DNA of 64,000 nucleotides from Pelagibacteraceae bacterium AG-430-I06 (GTDB lineage Bacteria; Pseudomonadota; Alphaproteobacteria; Pelagibacterales; Pelagibacteraceae), in contig QCOH01000003.1 of the NCBI GenBank assembly GCA_003209895.1, positions 20,144 through 84,143 of the forward strand, in the 5' to 3' direction. The notes below the pieces were generated by a model, which saw only the letters and a program-made list of their open reading frames with translations, had not been told where the DNA came from and ran no database searches. This document shows, in pieces, positions 49,766-58,503 of this stretch. Numbering within the stretch: the stretch's first letter is position 1; each line of letters starts with the position of its first letter. Position numbers and translations under genes: made by a program.

Positions 49766-50707
49766 ATGATTAAAAATTTATACGGACAACACACATTTTT
49801 TTTCTCAGTTTTTACAATAATTTTATCTATAGCTACTTTATTAATTGGTGAAATCACAGCATTTTCAAACCAATTAATTATTTCATTCATATGTTTGTTT
49901 CTTATCATATCTATTGGCATATCACATGGTGCAATGGACAATTACAAGGCGGGAAAAATTTTAAATATTTATAGAATTAAAAGTAAAATACTATTTTATT
50001 TTATCTATATACTAATTTCGGGTCTGGTAATTTTATTGTGGAATATTTATCCTTCTTCTACCCTTTTATTATTTTTATTTGTTGCGTCTTATCATTTTGG
50101 AAGAGAAGATACATCGTTTTTGCATAAAGGTAATTCTTATATTGATCAATTATTTTATTTAGTTAAAGGATCATTAATTGTTTTTTCTCCACTATTTTTT
50201 CATACCGATGAAACTTTAAAGATTTTTGAGGTTTTAGAATTAAATAATGAATTTTTATTATTTTTAAAAAACAAACACTGGATAATAAACTTTTTTTTGA
50301 TTTTAAGTTCTCTAGGATATTTATTTTTCGTCTTTAGAAATAAATTTAAAGATTTTGAAATTTTATTTTTAGATCTTATTTCTATTCTTCTTTTAAATTT
50401 TACTTTTTTGCCTTTAACGGCTTTTACAATTTATTTTTGTTTCTTGCATTCTGTTAGACATATAATATCGATATCTTTTGAGTTAAATAATGATAACTTT
50501 CAAAATGGAATCAAATTATTTTTTAAAAAAGCTTTACCATTAACAATTTTGACCGCTTTGCTTTACATCTTAGCAACAATATTCCTCTCAAATTCGTATA
50601 GTTTAAACGATGTAATTATAAAAGTTATATTTATTGGTTTGGCGTCACTAACATTTCCGCATATATTGCTTGAATACTTAATAGAGATAAATGAAAAACG
50701 AAATTAA
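49766..50707 (+). CDS. blh: Brp/Blh-family beta-carotene 15,15'-dioxygenase (retinal synthesis)
   Basis: Polytopic membrane protein with four His-containing helices (ISHGAMD, SYHFGRED, FLHSVRH, TFPHILLE). It follows crtY. Confidence 0.85.
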   Translation: MIKNLYGQHTFFFSVFTIILSIATLLIGEITAFSNQLIISFICLFLIISIGISHGAMDNYKAGKILNIYRIKSKILFYFIYILISGLVILLWNIYPSSTLLLFLFVASYHFGREDTSFLHKGNSYIDQLFYLVKGSLIVFSPLFFHTDETLKIFEVLELNNEFLLFLKNKHWIINFFLILSSLGYLFFVFRNKFKDFEILFLDLISILLLNFTFLPLTAFTIYFCFLHSVRHIISISFELNNDNFQNGIKLFFKKALPLTILTALLYILATIFLSNSYSLNDVIIKVIFIGLASLTFPHILLEYLIEINEKRN

Positions 50708-51626
50708 AATTTATTTGGCTGCACCAAGAGGGTTTTGCGCTGGTGTAGATAGAGCAATTGAAATTGTTAAAAAAACATTAAATAAATATGGATCCCCAGT
50801 TTATGTAAGACACGAAATTGTACATAACAAAAATGTTGTTGAGTCTTTAAAAAAACTCGGTGCAATTTTTGTAGAAGAAATTTCAGAAATATCAGATTTA
50901 TCAAGACCGGTTATCTTTTCAGCTCATGGTGTTCCAAAAAAAGTTCCTGAGGAAGCTAAACTAAAAAAAGTTTTTTATGTTGATGCTACTTGCCCTTTAG
51001 TCTCAAAAGTTCATAGGGAAACTGAACAACTTCATAAAAAAGGTTTTGATATTGTATTAATAGGTCACAAGAATCATCCAGAAGTAATTGGTACGATGGG
51101 ACAACTTCCAGAAGGATCTATAAAACTGATAGAGACTATTGATGAAGTAAAAAATTTAAATTTTTCAAAACCTTTGGCTTACGTAACCCAAACAACTTTA
51201 TCAGTAGATGACACTAAGGGAATTATTGATGCTTTAAAAATAAAATTTCCACATATAAAAGGTCCGGTAAAAGAGGATATTTGTTATGCTACAACTAATA
51301 GACAAGCTGCTGTAAAAAAAATTGCACCCAATTGTGAAATGTTTTTCGTAATTGGCAGCAGAAATTCATCAAATTCAGCGAGATTAGTCGAAGTCGCAAA
51401 AAAATCTGGATGTAAAGAATCTGAACTTATTTTTTACGGAAAAAAAGCTCCGTTAGAAAAAATAAGGAACTGTAAAATTATTGGTTTATCATCTGGAGCT
51501 TCTGCACCTGAAGAATTAGTTCAAAACTTTATATCTGAAATTAGAAAAGATATGAATGTTTCCATTGAGGAAGTAGTTACTGCTAATGAAAAAGTAGTTT
51601 TCAAATTACCAAAAGAATTAAGTTAA
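50691..51626 (+). CDS. ispH: 4-hydroxy-3-methylbut-2-enyl diphosphate reductase
   Basis: GFCAGVDRAI, DATCPLV, EDICYATTNRQ (three cluster Cys), GSRNSSNS. Confidence 0.95.
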   Translation: MKNEIKIYLAAPRGFCAGVDRAIEIVKKTLNKYGSPVYVRHEIVHNKNVVESLKKLGAIFVEEISEISDLSRPVIFSAHGVPKKVPEEAKLKKVFYVDATCPLVSKVHRETEQLHKKGFDIVLIGHKNHPEVIGTMGQLPEGSIKLIETIDEVKNLNFSKPLAYVTQTTLSVDDTKGIIDALKIKFPHIKGPVKEDICYATTNRQAAVKKIAPNCEMFFVIGSRNSSNSARLVEVAKKSGCKESELIFYGKKAPLEKIRNCKIIGLSSGASAPEELVQNFISEIRKDMNVSIEEVVTANEKVVFKLPKELS

Positions 51627-52594
51627 TGGCTGTTTACACAAAATTAGATAAAGAACAAATCAATAATATTTTACTAAATTACAAATTAGGAAACCTTAAA
51701 AAATTTGAAGGAATAAAAGAGGGAATTGAAAATACTAATTATTTTATTCAAACTGAAAAGGGTAAATATATTTTAACAATTTATGAAAAAAGAGTGAACA
51801 AAGAAGATCTCCCTTTTTTTTCGAAATTAATGGTGGAATTATGTAAAAAAAATTTTATTTGTCCAAAACCTATACCAAATAAGAATAATAATTTTATATC
51901 AAATTTGAATAATAAGAAATTTATGATTGTTAGTTTTTTAGAGGGGAAGTCAAAATATGATCTGTCGCCACCAGAATGTAAAATTATCGGGGGAGAAATT
52001 GCTAGAATGCATGCAATAACGAAAAATTTTAGTTTCAAAAGAACCAACGATTTATCTGTTAAGTCTTGGAGACGAATTTTTACGCAGGTGAAAGATAAAT
52101 GTAATAAAATTCACCCTGAACTTCCAAAATTAATAGAGGCTAATTTAATTAATATTGAAAAAGAATGGCCAACGAATTTACCAGCAGGAATTATTCATGC
52201 AGATCTTTTTAGTGATAATATATTTTTTCAGAATAATAAATTTTCTGGTTTTATAGATTTTTATTTTTCGTGTAATGATTTTTATGCCTTTGAAATAGCT
52301 ATTTGTCTCAACGCTTTATGTTTTGATGGTATAAAACAAAATTTGAGTTTCAACGTTACTAAAGCTAAAAAATTGATAGAGGGATACAATGAAATTAGGA
52401 AAATATCTAAGGATGAAAAAAAATCAATTAAAGTTTTGTCTCAAGGAGCAGCTTTACGATTTCTTCTTACAAGAGTTTTTGACTATATAAATACAGTTGA
52501 TGATGCAATTGTTAAAATTAAAGATCCAGAAGAGTATTTAAAAAGACTTGAATTTCATAAAAACGCAAAAAGTTTTGAGGATTATTTTATTTAG
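51626..52594 (+). CDS. thrB: Homoserine kinase (ThrB type II, aminoglycoside-phosphotransferase fold)
   Basis: MAVYTKL...GIENTNYFIQTEKGKYILTIYEKR, IIHADLFSDNIFF. The ispH-thrB-rnhA order matches my recollection of other Alphaproteobacteria. Confidence 0.9.
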   Translation: MAVYTKLDKEQINNILLNYKLGNLKKFEGIKEGIENTNYFIQTEKGKYILTIYEKRVNKEDLPFFSKLMVELCKKNFICPKPIPNKNNNFISNLNNKKFMIVSFLEGKSKYDLSPPECKIIGGEIARMHAITKNFSFKRTNDLSVKSWRRIFTQVKDKCNKIHPELPKLIEANLINIEKEWPTNLPAGIIHADLFSDNIFFQNNKFSGFIDFYFSCNDFYAFEIAICLNALCFDGIKQNLSFNVTKAKKLIEGYNEIRKISKDEKKSIKVLSQGAALRFLLTRVFDYINTVDDAIVKIKDPEEYLKRLEFHKNAKSFEDYFI

Positions 52595-52595
52595 A

Positions 52596-53027
52596 ATGAA
52601 ATATAAAATTTATACAGACGGGGCATGTTCTGGAAATCCTGGACCTGGTGGTTGGGCAGCTTTAATTTTACAAAATAATAATGAAGTAAAATATATGCTT
52701 TCGGGTAATGAAAATAATACTACTAATAATAAAATGGAACTTATTGCGCCAATCAAAGCCATACAAAAAATAAATGTTAAATCGGAAATTTATATATTTA
52801 CAGACTCAACCTATGTAAAAGATGGAATAACAGTTTGGATAAAAAAATGGGAAAAAAATGGATGGAAAACCTCATCAAAAAAACCAGTTAAAAATATAGA
52901 GCTCTGGAAAAAATTAAAAAATTTATCATCAAAACATTCTATTAAATGGATTTGGGTAAAGGCACATGCTCAAAATAAATATAATAATATTGTTGATGAA
53001 CTGGCGCAAGGAGCTATAAAAAGATAA
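52596..53027 (+). CDS. rnhA: Ribonuclease HI
   Basis: IYTDGACSGNPGPGGWA, NNKMELIA, IFTDSTYV, WVKAHA...NNIVDELA. I set the start at ATG 52596, 1 nt after the thrB stop, because the track ORF (52548) overlaps thrB. Confidence 0.93.
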   Translation: MKYKIYTDGACSGNPGPGGWAALILQNNNEVKYMLSGNENNTTNNKMELIAPIKAIQKINVKSEIYIFTDSTYVKDGITVWIKKWEKNGWKTSSKKPVKNIELWKKLKNLSSKHSIKWIWVKAHAQNKYNNIVDELAQGAIKR

Positions 53028-53405
53028 ATGATTAAACAAATTTCAAGTAATAAAATTAAAGACTTTATAAAAGAGAAACCAAAAAGTATTTTATTAGATG
53101 TAAGAACAAAAGAGGAGTGGAGTCAGGGAAAACCCGATGGTGATAAAATAGGAATTAAAACATATTTTTTATCATCACAGTTTCAAGGAAGAATTATTAA
53201 TGAAAATTTTTGTAAAGAATTTGAAGATTTAAAAATTGATAAAAATTCTGAAATTCTTGTAATGTGTGGATCGGGAAATAGATCTCAAAGAGCGGCGGAA
53301 CTATTGCTTGAAAAGGGCTTCAAATGTTTAAATGTTTCAGATGGTTTTAGAGGTGACGGTGTAGAAAAAATCGGTTGGAAAAACAATCAACTTCCAACCA
53401 AATAA
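53028..53405 (+). CDS. Single-domain rhodanese sulfurtransferase
   Basis: Active-site loop CGSGNRS. 125 aa. Starts immediately after the rnhA stop. Confidence 0.85.
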   Translation: MIKQISSNKIKDFIKEKPKSILLDVRTKEEWSQGKPDGDKIGIKTYFLSSQFQGRIINENFCKEFEDLKIDKNSEILVMCGSGNRSQRAAELLLEKGFKCLNVSDGFRGDGVEKIGWKNNQLPTK

Positions 53406-53894
53406 TTAAATTCCATTTAAGAAATTTTCTGCTGCTGACAATTTACAGGTTGCGGTTTCTTTTTCTTCCTCAATTTTTTTTATAATCCGATCTTCTAATA
53501 AAATTGTGTATCTATTCGATCTTATTCCTAAGCCTTTTGAAGACTTATCTACCTCAGCCCCAATTGCTTTAGTAAATTTACAAAATGGATCTCCTGCCAT
53601 AAATATTTTATCACCGACATTTTGATTTTGACCCCAGGCTTTCATCACATTTGGGTCATTAACTGCAATACAAACAATTTTTGTTATTCCTTTTTTTAAT
53701 GCTATATCATAGTTTTTTACATATCCTGGTAAATGAAGTGTTGAGCATGTTTTAGTGAATGCTCCAGGCATACCTAAAATTAAAGCTTTTTGATTTTTAA
53801 ATAAATCATCAGTTGTAATTTTTTTAACTTCGTTTTTTTCATCTAAGTAAAAAAAATCATTTTGAGGCAATTTTTCACCAATTTGAATTTTCAT
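53406..53894 (-). CDS. Peroxiredoxin (Prx5-type)
   Basis: GMPGAFTKTCS peroxidatic-Cys motif. 162 aa. Its stop abuts the rhodanese stop with zero spacer (TAATTA). Confidence 0.9.
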   Translation of the reverse strand: MKIQIGEKLPQNDFFYLDEKNEVKKITTDDLFKNQKALILGMPGAFTKTCSTLHLPGYVKNYDIALKKGITKIVCIAVNDPNVMKAWGQNQNVGDKIFMAGDPFCKFTKAIGAEVDKSSKGLGIRSNRYTILLEDRIIKKIEEEKETATCKLSAAENFLNGI

Positions 53895-55267
53895 GATATT
53901 TTTTCCAATATATAATTTTTTATATCTGTAATTTTATTATCTAAAATATCATACTTTTCTTTTTTATCCATTAGATGTGCTATTTGTTTGGGAACCTCTA
54001 ATTCTTGTGAGGTAGCAATTTTAATTGTCTCTAAAAATTTATAGGGGTGGGCTGTACCTAAAATTATAATTTTATTTATATCTTTAACTACTTTTGAAGC
54101 TCCAATTGCAGTTGCAGTGTGTGGGTCTATAATAAAATTATAATCTTTAGAAAATTTTTTTATTATACTGATGGTTTCCTGATCATTTATTTTTTTTGCA
54201 CTAAAATCTTTTTTTATTATAGCTGTTTGTTTTTCATTTAGTTTAAATGATCCTTTTGTTTTTAGGTCATTCATTAAATCCGATACTTTTTTGTCATTCT
54301 CGTCTAATACATCAAAGAGTAATCTCTCAAAATTACTTGATATTTGAACATCCATACTAGGTGACAAAGATGGTTTTACTTTGCCAGGCTTATACTCGCC
54401 TGTGTTTATGACCTTTTCTAAAATATCATTTTCATTTGTAGAGACTATTAATTTTTCAATTGGTAAACCCATTTTTTTAGCTATATACCCTGCAAAAATA
54501 TCTCCAAAATTTCCAGTTGGAACTGCAAAACTAACTTTTTCATCGTCTAGTTTAAAATAGGAGTAAAAATAATAAACTATCTGGCAAACTATTCTCGCCC
54601 AATTAATAGAGTTTACACCAGACATATTAATTTTTTCTCTGAAAGCATTCTCAGAAAACATTTCTTTAACAATATTTTGACAATCATCAAACGTGCCCTT
54701 TATAGCTATATTATAAATATTATTAGATCCAATAGTTGTCATAATTTTTCTTTGAATCTTTGAAATTTTATTGTGCGGATGTAATACGAAAACATTAATG
54801 TTACTTCTATTATTTAAGGCAGCAATAGCTGCTGATCCAGTATCACCAGATGTTGCTACTACAATGTTAATAGTTTTGTCAGACGAAAGTTTGAGTTCTT
54901 CATACATATTACCCAAGACTTGCATGGCGATATCTTTAAAAGCAAGTGTAGGACCGTGATATAGTTCTAATAAATTAATATCTCCAACTTTTTTAATTGA
55001 TATGACTTCGTTTGTCTGAAAACTCTTATAGGATTTTTTTAATAAATTTTTTAAGTTATTTTTATCAATTTCAGGTGAACAAAAATACGAGATTATCTCT
55101 GTAGCAAGTTCAATGTAAGATAACTTTTGAAGCTTATTGATTTCAGACTTGTCATAAGTTTTGATTTCTTTAGGAATAAAAAGACCTCCATCAGGGGCCA
55201 AACCTCTTAGAAATATTTCTTTGAAACTAAAACTTAAATTTTTGTTTCTTGTGCTAATATATTCCAC
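53891..55267 (-). CDS. thrC: Threonine synthase
   Basis: YISTRN...GLAPDGGLFIP, PLP-Lys region GPTLAFKD, ATSGDTGSAA. The start codon is GTG (55267-55265). Confidence 0.93.
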   Translation of the reverse strand: MEYISTRNKNLSFSFKEIFLRGLAPDGGLFIPKEIKTYDKSEINKLQKLSYIELATEIISYFCSPEIDKNNLKNLLKKSYKSFQTNEVISIKKVGDINLLELYHGPTLAFKDIAMQVLGNMYEELKLSSDKTINIVVATSGDTGSAAIAALNNRSNINVFVLHPHNKISKIQRKIMTTIGSNNIYNIAIKGTFDDCQNIVKEMFSENAFREKINMSGVNSINWARIVCQIVYYFYSYFKLDDEKVSFAVPTGNFGDIFAGYIAKKMGLPIEKLIVSTNENDILEKVINTGEYKPGKVKPSLSPSMDVQISSNFERLLFDVLDENDKKVSDLMNDLKTKGSFKLNEKQTAIIKKDFSAKKINDQETISIIKKFSKDYNFIIDPHTATAIGASKVVKDINKIIILGTAHPYKFLETIKIATSQELEVPKQIAHLMDKKEKYDILDNKITDIKNYILEKIS

Positions 55268-55440
55268 TAGTTAGATAATTTCTGGCCTTTTTTAAAATAC
55301 TTCTTCCAGGACAAATTCAAAAGACCTAAAAAAATAAACGATAAGACAATAACAAGAAGAGCGATTTGACCGCCTGAGGTTTCAGAGATACAGACTGCAC
55401 ACATTTTTAATGTTTCAGAGTTTAAAATATTTAAAGTCAT
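55267..55440 (-). CDS. Hypothetical 57-aa single-pass membrane protein with N-proximal CxxC (below ORF-track length cutoff)
   Basis: My translation: MTLNILNSETLKMCAVCISETSGGQIALLVIVLSFIFLGLLNLSWKKYFKKGQKLSN*. The ATG overlaps the ctaG stop (ATGA). The TAG stop overlaps the thrC GTG start by 1 nt. It exactly fills an otherwise 169-bp gap. An alternative start at the second Met (55404) gives 45 aa. Confidence 0.5.
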   Translation of the reverse strand: MTLNILNSETLKMCAVCISETSGGQIALLVIVLSFIFLGLLNLSWKKYFKKGQKLSN

Positions 55441-55874
55441 TTTTTAAAAAAAATAAATTGAATAATAGCCTCTTTTATATTCTTTCCCACATTAGGGTCA
55501 ACTAATAAAACCAGAGCATATTTTTCTTTTTCACCTGCTTTTAAAGTCTGTTCTTCATAACAAAAACAGTTCATTTTAGTAATATAATCTTTCAATTCAC
55601 TAGGATAAACTTGAAAAGTAGCCATACCGGTCATACTTTTTTCGCTAATATTTTGTACGCTATAGTTTATAGTTTTTATCTCGCCCGGAATAATTTCCAA
55701 TTTATTTTCATCTGAGTTAAACTCAAAAGGTAAATCTTTGTGAACGCTTGTAATTAATTTTATCTTAATTGACTTATTGGTCGAATTATTTGAAGTCGTA
55801 AAAAATACAGAAATAAATGCGACTATTATTAGCAATAGCAAAATTAATAAAGATATTTTTTTTTGTTTAAGCAA
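55437..55874 (-). CDS. ctaG: Cytochrome c oxidase assembly (copper insertion) protein CtaG/Cox11
   Basis: N-terminal TM. Cox11 core with the CFCY motif (KMNCFCYEEQTLKAGE, cf. canonical CFCFxEQ). 145 aa, so shorter than usual. Confidence 0.8.
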   Translation of the reverse strand: MLKQKKISLLILLLLIIVAFISVFFTTSNNSTNKSIKIKLITSVHKDLPFEFNSDENKLEIIPGEIKTINYSVQNISEKSMTGMATFQVYPSELKDYITKMNCFCYEEQTLKAGEKEKYALVLLVDPNVGKNIKEAIIQFIFFKK

Positions 55875-56781
55875 ATTTATCTATAAGAATTGAAATAAAA
55901 ATTGCAAAAAGATAAAGTATTGAAAAAGCAAATATTTGTTTAGCTATATTTTTTTCTGAATTTTGATCTTTTGTCATAAAAAGCTTAAAACAAATAAAAA
56001 TGTAATATATACTTAATGGTAATGAAAAAGATAAATAGATTAGCCCTAAAAATTTGAAATAGTATGGTGCTAAAGCCACTGGAAATAATAGTATTGAATA
56101 AACTAATATATTTTTCTTAGTAATATCTACTCCCGATGTAACCGGTAACATTGGTATATTAGCTTTTTTATAATCTTCCGATTTAAATAAACTTAAAGCC
56201 CAAAAGTGAGAAGGTGTCCAAATAAAAATAATTAGAAATAATATAATTGGCTCCAAAGAGATACTCCCTGTAGCTATAGACCATCCAATTACTGGAGGCA
56301 ATGCTCCTGCAGCACCTCCTATAACAATATTCTGAGGGGTCTTTCTTTTTAACCATATCGTATAAACAAAAACATAAAATGAAATTGTTAATGCTAGCAA
56401 AGAGGCTGCAACAATATTTGAGAAAAAATAAAGAGCCAGAACAGATACGAACGAAGATATTGTTCCAAAAATTAGAGCTTGTTTTCTTGTTAGTTTTCCA
56501 GTCGGTATAGGTCTAAGACAAGTCCTCGACATTACTGAGTCTACATCGGCCTCGTACCAACAATTTAGTGCTCCTGCCGCTCCTGATCCAAGGGCAACAG
56601 AAATAATTGATAAAATTGCGAATAAATAATCAACATTTTTTGATGGAGCTATTAGAAAACCAACAACACACGTGAAAACAGCCAAAGACATAACTCTCGG
56701 TTTCATCAAATCATATAAAGCTTTTAAGTATGCGACGTTACCTATTTTATATTCAGATTGTTTGGTTTGAGTATTTAACAA
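55867..56781 (-). CDS. ctaB: Protoheme IX farnesyltransferase (heme O synthase)
   Basis: YLKALYDLMKPRVMSLAVFT..., UbiA-family polytopic protein. The track ORF starts at ATG 56997 but overlaps the subunit IV gene by about 200 nt. I prefer TTG 56781-56779, preceded by AAGGA, which gives about 305 aa. The start is uncertain. Confidence 0.88.
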   Translation of the reverse strand: MLNTQTKQSEYKIGNVAYLKALYDLMKPRVMSLAVFTCVVGFLIAPSKNVDYLFAILSIISVALGSGAAGALNCWYEADVDSVMSRTCLRPIPTGKLTRKQALIFGTISSFVSVLALYFFSNIVAASLLALTISFYVFVYTIWLKRKTPQNIVIGGAAGALPPVIGWSIATGSISLEPIILFLIIFIWTPSHFWALSLFKSEDYKKANIPMLPVTSGVDITKKNILVYSILLFPVALAPYYFKFLGLIYLSFSLPLSIYYIFICFKLFMTKDQNSEKNIAKQIFAFSILYLFAIFISILIDKFA

Positions 56782-56795
56782 TTTGGATCCTTTTT

Positions 56796-57146
56796 TTACT
56801 CTCCTAAAACAAAGTAAATTAATCTTGTAAAAACTGTGTATTTTCCTTCTGCAACCATTAATCCAACAAAACACGCGATCGCTGTCATAGGCCACAACAA
56901 AACATTTACAAGTGCGTATCGCTCCCAAAATAGATGCATGAAAAAAGCCATGATCAAGCCCGCTTTTAAAAACATAAAAAACAAAATTAGAGACCATCTC
57001 AATAAGCCTTGAAATTGATACCAGTCAACCATGTAAGAAAAAAAACTAAGTACGAACAATAGTCCCCAAATCCAAAGATAAATACCGATCTTATGTGTAG
57101 TCCCTGATTTTTCTTTATTTTTATCTAATTCAGTTTTTTCATTCAT
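56796..57146 (-). CDS. Prokaryotic cytochrome oxidase subunit IV (CyoD/COX4_pro-like) family protein
   Basis: 116 aa, three TM helices, position after the subunit III genes. ...FFMFLKAGLIMAFFMHL... resembles the small-subunit family. Confidence 0.7.
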   Translation of the reverse strand: MNEKTELDKNKEKSGTTHKIGIYLWIWGLLFVLSFFSYMVDWYQFQGLLRWSLILFFMFLKAGLIMAFFMHLFWERYALVNVLLWPMTAIACFVGLMVAEGKYTVFTRLIYFVLGE

Positions 57147-57155
57147 ATTATTATC

Positions 57156-57860
57156 TTACCAAAGATAGAAAAAAGCGAAAATAAAAACCCAAACTAAGTC
57201 CACAAAGTGCCAATAAAGCCCTAATATCTCAATCGAAACATAATCAGACTTCATTGTAGTGAAAAATCCTCGCTTCCCAGTATCGAAATCTCCTCTAAAT
57301 ACTTTTCTGGCAAAAATAAATAGAAATATTACACCTATGGATACATGTGTGCCATGAAAACCGGTTATCATAAAAAAGTAAGATCCAAACTGACCGGCAC
57401 CAAAAGGATTTGACCATGGCCTTACACCCTCATGTATTAATTTAGACCACTCGAAAGCTTGCATTCCAACAAAAATTAATCCGCCAATGGCTGTTGCAAG
57501 AATAAACCATCCACACATTTTTTTATTTTTTTCGTAACCAAATTTAACTGCAAGAGCCATGGTTCCACTGCTTGTGATAAGTACGAAAGTCATTATAGCA
57601 ATTAAAAGCAAAGGCACCGGTACGCCCATAAAATCTAAAGAGAATACCTGGCTGGTATTTGGCCAATCAACTACAGTCGATGCTCTTCCCTTCATATAGG
57701 AAATTAAAAAACAGCTAAAAATAAAGGTATCACTTAATAGAAATATCCACATCATTGCTTTGCCCCACTGAACACCTTTAAAAGCAGTTTGATCTGATCC
57801 TAAATCACTTGGTACACTTTTCCAGCCTTTAGGAAGATTTTCTAATGATGAGTCTGACAT
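57156..57860 (-). CDS. ctaE: Cytochrome c oxidase subunit III
   Basis: FFMITGFHGTHVSIGV and LYWHFVDLVWVFIF canonical subunit III motifs. 234 aa. Confidence 0.88.
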   Translation of the reverse strand: MSDSSLENLPKGWKSVPSDLGSDQTAFKGVQWGKAMMWIFLLSDTFIFSCFLISYMKGRASTVVDWPNTSQVFSLDFMGVPVPLLLIAIMTFVLITSSGTMALAVKFGYEKNKKMCGWFILATAIGGLIFVGMQAFEWSKLIHEGVRPWSNPFGAGQFGSYFFMITGFHGTHVSIGVIFLFIFARKVFRGDFDTGKRGFFTTMKSDYVSIEILGLYWHFVDLVWVFIFAFFYLW

Positions 57861-57870
57861 AATGAATTCC

Positions 57871-58503
57871 TTAGCTTGATAACATTAATCCAAAAAGTAC
57901 AATCCAAACGGCTAATAAAAAATGCCAATATACTGCACAAGTGTCAATTAAATTATTTATCTCCTCTTTTTTAAGACTTCTTTTTATAAATTTTGAAGTT
58001 GTTTTTCCCCAAAAATATATTCCGCCGACTATATGGAGACCATGAATTGTGGTAAATAAATAGAAAAAGGCGTTTGCTACATTAGTGGTTGCGTAATACC
58101 CGGTATTCATAAGTTGATACCAGACAATAAGTTGACCGATTAGAAAAGAGTAAGCAAGAAAACCAACAAAGTATAAACCGTTTTTTGTTTTATAAAAATC
58201 ATCTTTTTCTGCATATTTTGTTGTCATATGAAAAACTAAACTACTTATCACTAAAATAACCGTGTTTAACCAAAGCAACCATGGTTCAGGCATATTTTTC
58301 CAATCGCTTATAAGCATTCGATCAGAGTATGCCACTATGAATAGTGAGAACAAAACAGTGCTAGCTGCCATTATTGTTCTTAAACCCAATTTTTGTTTGC
58401 TTAAATTTAATGTTTGACCTTGATGTTCGTTATCTGCCTCTATTTGATCTTTTTCCCAAGGCTTTTCAGTTAATAACTGGAAAATACTTTTTTTTTTGCT
58501 CAC
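57871..58503 (-). CDS. Second cytochrome c oxidase subunit III-like protein (CoxO-like)
   Basis: 210 aa. LFTTIHGLHIVGG and VYWHFLLAVWIVLF, which is a divergent subunit III pattern lacking the Asp of WHFVD. ATGA-type 4-nt overlap with the subunit I stop. Confidence 0.8.
   Translation of the reverse strand: MSKKKSIFQLLTEKPWEKDQIEADNEHQGQTLNLSKQKLGLRTIMAASTVLFSLFIVAYSDRMLISDWKNMPEPWLLWLNTVILVISSLVFHMTTKYAEKDDFYKTKNGLYFVGFLAYSFLIGQLIVWYQLMNTGYYATTNVANAFFYLFTTIHGLHIVGGIYFWGKTTSKFIKRSLKKEEINNLIDTCAVYWHFLLAVWIVLFGLMLSS

Noticed and set aside
46357-50707. The crtI-crtB-crtY-blh cluster as a recently acquired island.
   Set aside because: Its composition, codon style and gene-overlap style are indistinguishable from the flanking atp and ispH genes. 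There are no flanking repeats, tRNA or integrase.
56782-56997. The long N-terminal extension of the ctaB ORF, which overlaps the subunit IV gene by about 200 nt. This could be a programmed overlap or a pseudogene remnant.
   Set aside because: The extension (MVSNFVFYVFKSGLDHGFF...) has no heme O synthase similarity. A TTG with an upstream AAGGA lies 14 nt after the subunit IV stop and gives a normal-length CtaB. The same reasoning applies to the ORF-track extensions of trxB (9220), folB (15345), atpE (44883) and rnhA (52548).
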